From a virus (Duplodnaviria; Heunggongvirae; Uroviricota; Caudoviricetes): a stretch of DNA of 64,000 nucleotides. Below the pieces are notes generated by a model. The model was not told the DNA's origin, did no database searches, and saw only the letters and a program-made list of their open reading frames with translations. The stretch is taken from IMG/VR virus record IMGVR_UViG_3300032046_000003, positions 1 through 64,000 of that record; one strand, 5' to 3'. Below are positions 53,671 to 62,780 of the stretch, one piece after another. Position numbers and translations under genes: made by a program. The stretch's first letter is position 1. Each line of letters opens with the position of its first letter.

Positions 53671-54351
53671 ATGAAAAAATCAATAGTTTATGACAATTAC
53701 GGAATCATGTTAGGACGAATAGAAGTTCGCGGAAGCGAAACTTTTGTATATGATAAGAATGGAGTTTATCAAGGAATGACAAGCAATGGAAATACTTATA
53801 ACGAAAATGGAGTTTTAGTAACAATAGGCGAAGCACCTGGAATTTTATTAAAATCTAATAAGGAGGAAAGGAACATGTTAGTAAACGAATTGCCGATCGA
53901 AAAATCTAAAAAGCCAACTAGATCAGCGGAAAAGAAAGCCGGCAGATATATAGGGTTTCAAAAGTTGGTGTCTAAATTAAAAAATAAAAAAGGTATACAA
54001 GAACAATCACTAGAAAAATCTATAAATGATCTGACTGTTGATGACTTTATGCAAGTTATGTTTGAAGAGAATTATGACGGAGTTATAATGAATGCTCCAG
54101 AACAAATATCAGAATTTGGAAAGGCTCAAGTGAAAGATCCTGCAGCTTTGGCAGCTTATATTGGCAGAAAGAAATACGGCAAAGAAAAATACACAAAAAT
54201 GTCAGCTGAAGGTAAAAAGAAAAGTATTGAACCAAATCCAGAGTCAGACACCGCGGACATAAAAGATATGACAGCTAAACCTGTAACAAATGCTGACCTA
54301 GTCGAAACCGCCAAAAAAGTTCCTGTAAAAGACCCAAAGATGACGGAATAG
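53671..54351 (+). CDS. hypothetical protein
   Basis: ORF. Confidence 0.45.
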   Translation: MKKSIVYDNYGIMLGRIEVRGSETFVYDKNGVYQGMTSNGNTYNENGVLVTIGEAPGILLKSNKEERNMLVNELPIEKSKKPTRSAEKKAGRYIGFQKLVSKLKNKKGIQEQSLEKSINDLTVDDFMQVMFEENYDGVIMNAPEQISEFGKAQVKDPAALAAYIGRKKYGKEKYTKMSAEGKKKSIEPNPESDTADIKDMTAKPVTNADLVETAKKVPVKDPKMTE

Positions 54352-54353
54352 TC

Positions 54354-54755
54354 GTGCCTTACATGGATGGGAGAGCACCAATAACACCCATTCAATCTTA
54401 TGGGAAACCTAGATTAGATACTTCAGATTTTTTATTTGATAAGTGGGTTCAGCACGGACCCCATTCTCCAGATAGATTGAAAATGGGTGTGACATATGAT
54501 AATGTGAAACAAGTTAATCCTATAGTTCATGACCAAACGAGATTCGATTTGGGACAATCTTCCAGCATTCAAGGTTATGAAAAAAGAGGTTTTCCTATAG
54601 GTGATTTGAACGGACCGCCTACTGCGCACGAAATAAATCCACAACTTTCAAAATTTGATTTTTATAAACCAAGATTTGCTCCCCCGGCCGCAGCAGTAGG
54701 AGATTTACACGGATCGAGATTAGATGAAATGAAAAAACGAGGCCTTATAAAATGA
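54354..54755 (+). CDS. hypothetical protein
   Basis: ORF. Confidence 0.4.
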   Translation: MPYMDGRAPITPIQSYGKPRLDTSDFLFDKWVQHGPHSPDRLKMGVTYDNVKQVNPIVHDQTRFDLGQSSSIQGYEKRGFPIGDLNGPPTAHEINPQLSKFDFYKPRFAPPAAAVGDLHGSRLDEMKKRGLIK

Positions 54756-55177
54756 CTTTGGCAAAATTCAAAATAGATTTAAATATAGAAAAAGGAAAGC
54801 CTTGGATATTACAATTAAGAAAACCTGGTAAAGGTAAAGGTAAATTAGGTAGTGAGCGAGAACAAAAGAAAATTTCAAGATATTTAAGAAAAGAACATAA
54901 TCTTTTAGAAAAAAAATATCAAAGGTGGAGAGGATCTTGGGAAGTAGAAAATATGCCAGTTTCAATTTATGAAAGTTATGTTAAAGATTTAAAAAGGCAC
55001 TATTTAGATACTGTAAAATTATTAGGAGAATTTCGTACTGAGATAATTAATAATAGATTCACTAAGGTTGATGAACATTTTTACAAAGGGCATACTACAA
55101 CTGCTATGGGATTATTAGAAAGTATCATAATGGATATACACGAAAAAATAAGAAAACACTATTTGGAGATTAATTAA
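54752..55177 (+). CDS. hypothetical protein (MTLAKFKIDLN N-terminus)
   Basis: ATGA-coupled. Confidence 0.4.
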   Translation: MTLAKFKIDLNIEKGKPWILQLRKPGKGKGKLGSEREQKKISRYLRKEHNLLEKKYQRWRGSWEVENMPVSIYESYVKDLKRHYLDTVKLLGEFRTEIINNRFTKVDEHFYKGHTTTAMGLLESIIMDIHEKIRKHYLEIN

Positions 55178-55579
55178 ATGACACTACGACAATGGACACG
55201 CGATATGTTTTCAATAGTAACCGATAAAGTAGGAGTCAAAACTCCGACGTTCGATCCTGCTCCAGACTATTATAAAAGAAAAAACATAATAGACAAAGTA
55301 ATCTATTTAAGAGACACGTCTAGAGACAGGGGGTCAATATATGGCTACAATATAACATTTAATGAATTACAGAATTTCGCGATTCCCCTATCAGATATAA
55401 AAATGAATTTAGAATCTCATATTGCCGCAGCGAAAATTAAAGAAAAAGAGGCTAGAGCGACAAGAGGAATGGATGACGCACTTTATTACCAAAATTCCAT
55501 AAAAGCCCTAGACAACATTTTAAAGTTTGTGGAAGACAACATGATGGGAGAAGAAAAACGTTTGTATTCCAAAGGATGA
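55178..55579 (+). CDS. hypothetical protein (MTLRQW N-terminus)
   Basis: ORF. Confidence 0.4.
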   Translation: MTLRQWTRDMFSIVTDKVGVKTPTFDPAPDYYKRKNIIDKVIYLRDTSRDRGSIYGYNITFNELQNFAIPLSDIKMNLESHIAAAKIKEKEARATRGMDDALYYQNSIKALDNILKFVEDNMMGEEKRLYSKG

Positions 55580-55583
55580 GAAT

Positions 55584-56309
55584 ATGCCAAAAATAGGATA
55601 TAAACAAACTGAAAATCATAGAAAAATACACTTGGGTGAAAAGCAATCACAGGAAACTATCCAAAAAAAAGCTAATAAACTTAGAGGACAAATAAGAGTA
55701 AAAAGAGAAATAAGAACTTGTATTTGTGGTTGTAAAGAGATATTTGAATGCAGAAAAACATCTAAGCAAAAATATAAAAATTCAAATCATTATAATCACA
55801 AAACAATGTTGGGAAAAATCTTCACCAAACAACATTGTAAAAATATAGCAAAAGAAACTAAAGGTAAACATTTTGATAGAAATAATAAAACTTATGAACA
55901 AATAGTAGAAATAGAAATAGCTAATCAATGGAAAAGAAAACAAAGTGAAGTTCATAAAGGTATAAAATTCACTGAAGAACATCATAAAAATTTAAGTAAA
56001 TCTAAAAAACTACAAAATCATCCTAATTGGCTAGGCGGAAAATCTTTTGAATTATATGGTTTAGAATTTAACAATAACTTAAAAAAACAAGTTAAAGAAC
56101 GTGACGATTATACTTGTCAAATATGTAAATTGAATGAAAAACAATTAAAATTTTTATTTAAAAGAAATAAGCAAATTTTTCACGCACATCACATAGACTA
56201 TAACAAGAAAAACAATAATGAAAATAATTTACTTACTCTTTGCTATTCTTGTCATCCAAAGACTAATTCTAATAGAGAATATTGGATTAGTACTTTAAAA
56301 AGGAGATAA
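55584..56309 (+). CDS. HNH homing endonuclease with CxCGC zinc motif
   Basis: RTCICGCKEIFECRKTSKQKYKNSNH; YTCQICKLNE..FHAHHIDYNKKNNNENNLLTLCYSCH. Confidence 0.65.
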   Translation: MPKIGYKQTENHRKIHLGEKQSQETIQKKANKLRGQIRVKREIRTCICGCKEIFECRKTSKQKYKNSNHYNHKTMLGKIFTKQHCKNIAKETKGKHFDRNNKTYEQIVEIEIANQWKRKQSEVHKGIKFTEEHHKNLSKSKKLQNHPNWLGGKSFELYGLEFNNNLKKQVKERDDYTCQICKLNEKQLKFLFKRNKQIFHAHHIDYNKKNNNENNLLTLCYSCHPKTNSNREYWISTLKRR

Positions 56310-56312
56310 TTC

Positions 56313-57008
56313 ATGACATTACAGTCTTACGTTTTACACGAAAATTTTCTATCAAAATGTGATGGAACCGAAACAAAAACTTTAGACGTTTCTATGTGGC
56401 TTCCTCCAAAAATGTTAGGAATTCAATATAGTCCTGATGACGTAGTTGAAACGCCAGGCGCGCCTTTAGACGCAATTGAATTAAAACAAAGGCAATTAGA
56501 TCAAACTGCAAAAAAACTAGACGAGCCTAAAGAGCATATAGACGAAGTATCTAATAAACTTCCTTACGCTAAAGACGATTCAAGAGTTCTTTTAGAAAAC
56601 AAGTTTCCAACCTCATTAGAATTAGAAGATCAAAATGAAATTAGATCAAAATTTATAACTCTAATAACTGAAGCAGCCAACGATACGGAAAGAAACAAAA
56701 TGCAAGCTTATAATGATAAACGAAAAATAGCTTATGTCCTGGGCGTAAAAGAAGCTTTATTATCCGCGCAAAAAGATATGCAGGAGGGATTTAATTTATA
56801 TACTCTGGTTAATAAATACGCTGAGTTGTCTGGTAAATTTAAAAACGTGTTAGATAGCGAGCAAGACAGCGAGGAATTAAACTACCCTCAATCCAGGCAC
56901 AAAGGTTCTGCAAGCGCTTATTTAAACTTAAGTAATATATTGAGAGATAAATTAGCTGAATATGAACTAATGAAATTTAAGCAAAATATAAAGCCGTCAG
57001 TTCGATAA
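56313..57008 (+). CDS. hypothetical protein (MTLQSY N-terminus)
   Basis: ORF. Confidence 0.4.
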   Translation: MTLQSYVLHENFLSKCDGTETKTLDVSMWLPPKMLGIQYSPDDVVETPGAPLDAIELKQRQLDQTAKKLDEPKEHIDEVSNKLPYAKDDSRVLLENKFPTSLELEDQNEIRSKFITLITEAANDTERNKMQAYNDKRKIAYVLGVKEALLSAQKDMQEGFNLYTLVNKYAELSGKFKNVLDSEQDSEELNYPQSRHKGSASAYLNLSNILRDKLAEYELMKFKQNIKPSVR

Positions 57009-57011
57009 TTT

Positions 57012-57089
57012 GGGGCTAAGATTGAATTAATTACTCAATCGACGGTGCCTTTAACACCCAGCCCCGTAATCTTTAAAGGAGATTAAAAT
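57012..57089 (+). repeat. HEG-associated conserved structured element, copy 2
   Basis: GGGGCTAAGATTGAATTAATTACTCAATCGACGGTGCCTTTAACACCCAGCCCCGTAATCTTTAAAGGAGATTAAA. Confidence 0.55.
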
Positions 57090-57761
57090 ATGATTAAAAC
57101 AACTAGAAAAGGTAAGACTTATGAGGATATTTACGGTGTAGAAAAAGCCAAAGAAATAAGAAAAAGCTTAAGTAAATCTATGAAATCGAATCCTAAAATT
57201 ATTGGTAAAAATAATAGCTTTTATGGAAAGCATCACACTAAAATAGTTTGTAAAGCTATAAGTGAAGCTCATAAAAATAAATTTGGTTCAGAAAGTTCTC
57301 ATTGGGTATCTAGAGAGATTAGAATTTGCAAATGCGGTTGTAAACAAACATTTGAATGCAGAATAAATTCTAATCAAAAATTTATACACGGACATCATAG
57401 AAAAGATAAGTGTCATACAAAAGAAACAATAAGAAAACAAAGACTTGCTGCTATTAAACGTATAGAACAAAATAACGGTCAATGTTGGCCCAATTATAAT
57501 TTAAAAGCCTGTGAATTTTTTAAGAGTTACGACGAGAAATATAATACAAAAGGATTTTACGCCATTTACGGTGGCGGAGAATACTATATAAAAGAGTTAG
57601 GTTACTGGCCGGATTATATTAACTTTGACAAGAAAATTATAATTGAATATGATGAAAATCATCATAATAAACTAAAAGATAAAGACGTTAAAAGACAGCA
57701 AGAAATCCAAGATTTATATCCTGACTTTAAATTTATAAGAATAAAGGAAAATGAATATTAA
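57090..57761 (+). CDS. homing endonuclease-like protein, paralog of 16515 ORF
   Basis: RICKCGCKQTFECRINSNQKFIHGHH; C-terminal block near-identical to 16515 ORF. Confidence 0.6.
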   Translation: MIKTTRKGKTYEDIYGVEKAKEIRKSLSKSMKSNPKIIGKNNSFYGKHHTKIVCKAISEAHKNKFGSESSHWVSREIRICKCGCKQTFECRINSNQKFIHGHHRKDKCHTKETIRKQRLAAIKRIEQNNGQCWPNYNLKACEFFKSYDEKYNTKGFYAIYGGGEYYIKELGYWPDYINFDKKIIIEYDENHHNKLKDKDVKRQQEIQDLYPDFKFIRIKENEY

Positions 57762-57788
57762 ACCGAGTGTAAAATAGGAGGTAAAATC

Positions 57789-58094
57789 ATGTCAATGACA
57801 AATTCTAGTATTACGGCAACCCAAGTTACAAGGCCTACCCAAAGGCTAAAAAGTACAGACGAGAAGATAGAAGAATTAAAACAGCATTTTGCAGAAAATG
57901 CTATAAAAATGGACTTTATGAGGAAGTCAGATGGCTATTTCTATGTTTTAGGACGTATTGGATTAACAGAAAACGATTCTGATTGGCGCATATGGAAAAC
58001 AATTGACGCATCTAAACAAAAAAATGTAGAATATTTATTTAAAAGTAATAATAAAGAAGATGCAAATAATAAATTTAATGAAATAATTAAGTAA
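57789..58094 (+). CDS. hypothetical protein
   Basis: ORF after AGGAGGTAAAATC. Confidence 0.4.
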   Translation: MSMTNSSITATQVTRPTQRLKSTDEKIEELKQHFAENAIKMDFMRKSDGYFYVLGRIGLTENDSDWRIWKTIDASKQKNVEYLFKSNNKEDANNKFNEIIK

Positions 58095-58173
58095 GGGGCT
58101 AAGTTTAAATTGGCTATTTAAACGATGGTGCCTCTAACACCCAGCCCCCAAATCTTTAGAGGAGATAAATAAG
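58095..58173 (+). repeat. HEG-associated conserved structured element, copy 3
   Basis: GGGGCTAAGTTTAAATTGGCTATTTAAACGATGGTGCCTCTAACACCCAGCCCCCAAATCTTTAGAGGAGATAAATAAG. Confidence 0.55.
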
Positions 58174-58863
58174 ATGCCAAAATTAGGATATAAGCGATGC
58201 GTAGAACATCAAATAAAATTAAACCAATCGCACACTTTACCTAGAGAGTCTAGATTTTGTGAGTGTAAATGTGGTAAAACTTTTATATGTCGAGTAAATT
58301 CCACACAAAGATTTATTAGTGGGCATAATACTAAACTTAGGACAAAAGAAGAATATATAAAAATAGGTAAAAAAGTAAGTAAATCTAAAATTGGACATGT
58401 TGTAATTTTAGAAACAAGAGAAAGAATAAAATTAAAACTCAAAGGACATATTTCTCTTAGAAAAGGTTTAACTAATGTAGAATATTATGGCTTAGAAAAA
58501 GCTGAATCAATAAGTACAAAAATTAGAGAAAAGCGAGTTAAACAAAAATTTCCTTTTACTAATACTAGTATTGAGGTTGCTTTACAGAAACAACTTAAAA
58601 TAAAAGATATAGATTTTATTACTAATTATTATAAATTAAAAGGAACTCCAGATATATTTATAGAATCAAATAATGTCAACTATAAAGGAGTTTGTATTTT
58701 TGCTGACGGCGATTATTGGCATAGTAGACATGGGGCGCAGCAATATGATAAACAGATAAATGAATATTTATTTTGTAAAGGATATAAGGTTTTAAGGTTC
58801 TGGGAAAAAGACATAAAACAAGATATAAATAAGTGTATAAACATAATAGAAATAAATTTATAA
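58174..58863 (+). CDS. homing endonuclease: CxCxCG zinc motif + Vsr-like nuclease
   Basis: RFCECKCGKTFICRVNSTQRFISGHN; C-term FIESNNVNYKGVCIFADGDYWHSRHG..KVLRFWEKDI. Confidence 0.7.
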   Translation: MPKLGYKRCVEHQIKLNQSHTLPRESRFCECKCGKTFICRVNSTQRFISGHNTKLRTKEEYIKIGKKVSKSKIGHVVILETRERIKLKLKGHISLRKGLTNVEYYGLEKAESISTKIREKRVKQKFPFTNTSIEVALQKQLKIKDIDFITNYYKLKGTPDIFIESNNVNYKGVCIFADGDYWHSRHGAQQYDKQINEYLFCKGYKVLRFWEKDIKQDINKCINIIEINL

Positions 58864-58882
58864 GAATAAAGGAGGAGTATAA

Positions 58883-59290
58883 ATGCGAATATACAGAGCG
58901 ATAGAGAATGGTAGTGGCACTACAATCCAACAGCAAGATGGAGTATTTGGTCCTAGGACAGAAAAGAGCATTGAAAAATTATCAGGTGATGGGGAGTGGG
59001 TGCATTTACACGGTGTTAAATTAATGGTAGACCCATCTGGTATAATAATTAAGGGGCCAGATGTATTCATAGGCAGAAAATTTGAAGACGTGAAAAGACT
59101 CAACTATTCAGATACGTTCGGAGTTATGAGATCGGTTGCAAGAGCCACCATGCAGACCAACAAAGCTTATGAAGATGATATAGACAAACTGGCGAGACAA
59201 GGCGCATGGAAAGAAGCCCATGATCTTTTGGATTCCATGATTAAGGCGCATAAAGAAGCTGCAGAAAAATTTGAGAATTACAAAAAATAA
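58883..59290 (+). CDS. hypothetical protein
   Basis: ORF after AAGGAGGAGTATAA. Confidence 0.4.
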   Translation: MRIYRAIENGSGTTIQQQDGVFGPRTEKSIEKLSGDGEWVHLHGVKLMVDPSGIIIKGPDVFIGRKFEDVKRLNYSDTFGVMRSVARATMQTNKAYEDDIDKLARQGAWKEAHDLLDSMIKAHKEAAEKFENYKK

Positions 59291-59300
59291 GGGGTGTAAT

Positions 59301-59759
59301 ATGAGTAAAGAAAAGTTTAAGTGTTTGATATGCGGTACATTTTTCTATAAAACCAAGGAAGAATGGAATAAATACAACACAGAATTAGCCAAGGTTGACG
59401 ACCCCGATAAGATAACAAACAAGATAATGTGTCCTAATGAAACATGCAAAAGTACAAAGCTTCAACATTTAATAGCAGTGCCTAAGAACTATATTGATCA
59501 AATTGTGTTAAAGCCGGCATTTAAGATATGGGATTATATTACAGATGTTTTAGGTATGGTGTCTGCAGAAATAGTAATAATAATTAGATTTTTATGGGAT
59601 AAAACAATTGCCGAATCAATAATAAATATAGTCACGTTTTTTGCGTTTATCATAGCGATAAAAATTGTAAAGAATTACCTTTCGTTAGATACTCTATATA
59701 GCTGCGGTCTAGTTCTGATTTTCTACTTATTTAAAGTTCTATTAAAGTTTAGGCGATAA
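59301..59759 (+). CDS. zinc-ribbon protein with C-terminal TM helices
   Basis: CLICG..CPNETC; ATG 59301 after AAGGGGTGTAAT. Confidence 0.4.
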   Translation: MSKEKFKCLICGTFFYKTKEEWNKYNTELAKVDDPDKITNKIMCPNETCKSTKLQHLIAVPKNYIDQIVLKPAFKIWDYITDVLGMVSAEIVIIIRFLWDKTIAESIINIVTFFAFIIAIKIVKNYLSLDTLYSCGLVLIFYLFKVLLKFRR

Positions 59760-59771
59760 GGATAAAATAAC

Positions 59772-61454
59772 ATGGCATTTAATAAATCATTTAACAAAAA
59801 TATCAATAAATCATCAGCTTCTAGCAGTCCTATAAGTATTGACAAGTCTTATGAACCTAGTATGGCTAAGTCCATGACTGCGTATCTGCCCACGTACAAG
59901 GCAGAAAATTTATATGGTCAGAGTCAGGAAGCTGGATTTGAGTATAAATTACCATCATCTATGCTTAGAAAAATGTACGAAAGAAACGTTGTTGTTAGGG
60001 CCGCTATCGATACAATTATAAACGAAGTTGTGTCCGCGAATTGGGTTATAAAGCCTGTTAAAGAAGACGTTGAGCTGGATGAGGGCAAGAAGAAAGAACA
60101 ACAAGAGGCTATAGACAAAATAACAAATTTCTTACATCATCCGAACGAGAACAGGGAGAGTTTTAGGTATGTTCTTGAAAAAATGATGTGGGACCTTCTA
60201 ATATATGACGCCGGCGTGTTGGAAAAAGTAAGGAATATGGGCGGAGACAAGCTGAAAGAGCTATATGCTATTCCCGGAGACACAATAAAAATAAAGGTTG
60301 ACGAGCACGGCAAACTATTGGGATATTGGCAGGTTATTCCCGGCAGCAAATGGCAACCCAAGTTCTTTGGTCCTGATGATTTAACATATATCATAATGAA
60401 TCCGCGTTCACATACTCCTTATGGATTCTCACCTCTTCATACTTTAGAAAATATGGTAACTGCGTTCCTTTATAGCGAACACTACAATATTAAATATTTT
60501 GAAAATAACGCTACACCTCGAGGAATACTCGAAGTTGGCACAATGAATGAAACTCAGCTGGATAGGTTCAGAGAATATTGGAGACAAGAGCACATTCAGC
60601 AGCCTCACAGGGTTATGGTATTAAGTAATCCATACGCGCATGAGGGCAAGGGCGGAGTTAAGTGGGTTCCATTAGCAATGTCGTCTAAAGATATGGAATT
60701 AATGCAATATCTCAATTGGTTAATGAAAATGATATTGATGGTATTTGGCGTAACTCCCTCTGAAGTTGGTTGGACTGAAGACACTGCAAGGGCGCCAGGC
60801 ATGGGTCAAATGCTTCAATCACAGGCCTTTAAAAATAAAGCCATATACCCTATGATGCAAAGAATATCAACGTTTTTAACCGAAGAAGTTATACTAGAGG
60901 AGTTCGACAGAAAAGACCTTAAGTTTGAATTCGTAGAGGAACAATCTGCGCAAGACAAATTAATCAAGGCCCAGCTGGACACGCTATTAGTAAATGCAGG
61001 AATAATGACGGTTGATGAAATAAGAAAAGAAAGAGGATTAAAGCCCCAACAAGAAATGGGCGGAATGGGTGGACCTGGTGGGGGCGGTCTTGATGATATA
61101 TTGAGAGGCTTGCAAGGTAAAGGGCCTGAAGAAGATTTTGGAACCGAATCAGCCTTAAATATTGAAAACACTTCTAAAGAGCCTAACGTAGTCGATTTAG
61201 CGTTTAATCAAATAAAGACGGCGGTTTACGATCATCTTGGATTAAATGACGAGGCTGCGAAAAATCCAAAATTTCAAGACGCGATGACAAATGCCTATAA
61301 TGAATTGAAAAACTCCATAATGGATTATGTTGGCAAGAACAAAAAGGGCGAAACTGGTTCATTAATAAAAAATGCATTTAATAATTTAGTTAAAGAAATA
61401 AAACTGCTCACGTCTATGAAAACAATAGATAATATATTGGGAGGTGGCCAATGA
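59772..61454 (+). CDS. phage portal protein
   Basis: 560 aa; portal-like central blocks (..PRGILEVG.., ..VKWVPLAMSSKDMELMQY..) and Gly-rich C-terminal region. Confidence 0.7.
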   Translation: MAFNKSFNKNINKSSASSSPISIDKSYEPSMAKSMTAYLPTYKAENLYGQSQEAGFEYKLPSSMLRKMYERNVVVRAAIDTIINEVVSANWVIKPVKEDVELDEGKKKEQQEAIDKITNFLHHPNENRESFRYVLEKMMWDLLIYDAGVLEKVRNMGGDKLKELYAIPGDTIKIKVDEHGKLLGYWQVIPGSKWQPKFFGPDDLTYIIMNPRSHTPYGFSPLHTLENMVTAFLYSEHYNIKYFENNATPRGILEVGTMNETQLDRFREYWRQEHIQQPHRVMVLSNPYAHEGKGGVKWVPLAMSSKDMELMQYLNWLMKMILMVFGVTPSEVGWTEDTARAPGMGQMLQSQAFKNKAIYPMMQRISTFLTEEVILEEFDRKDLKFEFVEEQSAQDKLIKAQLDTLLVNAGIMTVDEIRKERGLKPQQEMGGMGGPGGGGLDDILRGLQGKGPEEDFGTESALNIENTSKEPNVVDLAFNQIKTAVYDHLGLNDEAAKNPKFQDAMTNAYNELKNSIMDYVGKNKKGETGSLIKNAFNNLVKEIKLLTSMKTIDNILGGGQ

Positions 61455-61783
61455 ATTTAGATATTGGATATACCAATTTATCGTGGTTTTTAATTAATAA
61501 AAACACAGCCATAGGACTTGGAGATTTTACAGGTTTAGTAGCCCACAAAGATGAAGTGCGCAAATTTTTTAAAGCGCAATTTGATGCAGAAAAACAAAAT
61601 TATGTAGGCTGCAAAACAGTGAACAAAGAACAGATAATGAGTGCCGTGAGAGTTTGCATTGATCAAAGCGTTAAAGCGCTAGACAATGCAGGAATAGACG
61701 CAGAAGAATTTATAGAGGAGTTATTGCACGATGAAACAGTCGGAAAAAATAACACCAGAAATAAAAAACATAAAACTACATGA
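61451..61783 (+). CDS. hypothetical protein
   Basis: ATGA-coupled to portal. Confidence 0.4.
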   Translation: MNLDIGYTNLSWFLINKNTAIGLGDFTGLVAHKDEVRKFFKAQFDAEKQNYVGCKTVNKEQIMSAVRVCIDQSVKALDNAGIDAEEFIEELLHDETVGKNNTRNKKHKTT

Positions 61784-61933
61784 AGATATAAAGTCAACCT
61801 ATTCTTCTTTCAATCAGTCTAAAGAAAGAGAACGAGTTGACGCCCCTCTGCAAAAATTAGAATCTTATTATTATAAATTATTATTAAGTAGCAAAGAAAA
61901 AATTAAGAAAGAGTTTAACAAATACATAAATAA

Positions 61934-62761
61934 ATGATAAAATTTCAATTCAATGACGCAATATTTTTAGCCAGCTTGTTTCTTCTTATGATGGATGATT
62001 TAATGGCAGAAACGCTAGATTTGCCCGAAAAGTCTTTTTTATTGGGGGCCCAGATTCTTCAAGAGCAAATTGAACCTAATTCTAAAATTGATATAGGCGA
62101 AATGAAAAAAAAGTATGAACCTGTGGTTGAACAGCTTAAATTAAAGCATTATTGGAATGTTCAAAATTTAACAGATTCTTCTCGTGATAAATTGATGAAG
62201 ATTTTAACACAAAGCAAAGAGAACAATTTAACTCCTAGTGAAATATCTAAACAACTTAATACAGAAGTTTTTGGTAAATATGATGCAAAGGCTTTATTAA
62301 TAGCCAGAACATTTGTTACAGAAGCCGAAACTTTAGGCAGAATATCTAACGCAGAGATTATGGCTGAAAAAAGAGGATTAAAAGAAGCCTATTTACAAGC
62401 CAACTCGGCACCTGATTGTTGCTTTTTATGTAAAACTTATTTAAATTATGTTGATGGAAATGGGAAAATAATAGAGGGTAAGATATTTCCTGTAAGTTTT
62501 TTAAAGAATCAAGATAGTAATTTAGGAAAAAATCCTAAAGAAATGAAATCCAATATTCCTCAGCATTTTAATTGTAGATGCGTTTTTAAACTGTCTACTG
62601 AAAGTGAATATAAAAAACAACAAGAACGCCTAAAGAATGGAGAATTAAAGAAGAGAAACTTAGAAGAAGTTACTTCAATATTAAAATCTTATGATATAGA
62701 CTTTATGAAATCTTTTGAAAATATAGTTCTAGAGAAAGCATTTGAGATAAGTAGTAAGTAA
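61934..62761 (+). CDS. head morphogenesis protein (SPP1 gp7 / Mu gpF family)
   Basis: C-terminal ..PQHFNCRCVF matches the NCRC motif of the gp7/F family; position just after portal. Confidence 0.6.
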   Translation: MIKFQFNDAIFLASLFLLMMDDLMAETLDLPEKSFLLGAQILQEQIEPNSKIDIGEMKKKYEPVVEQLKLKHYWNVQNLTDSSRDKLMKILTQSKENNLTPSEISKQLNTEVFGKYDAKALLIARTFVTEAETLGRISNAEIMAEKRGLKEAYLQANSAPDCCFLCKTYLNYVDGNGKIIEGKIFPVSFLKNQDSNLGKNPKEMKSNIPQHFNCRCVFKLSTESEYKKQQERLKNGELKKRNLEEVTSILKSYDIDFMKSFENIVLEKAFEISSK

Positions 62762-62780
62762 TAATAAACGAGGTAAATAA

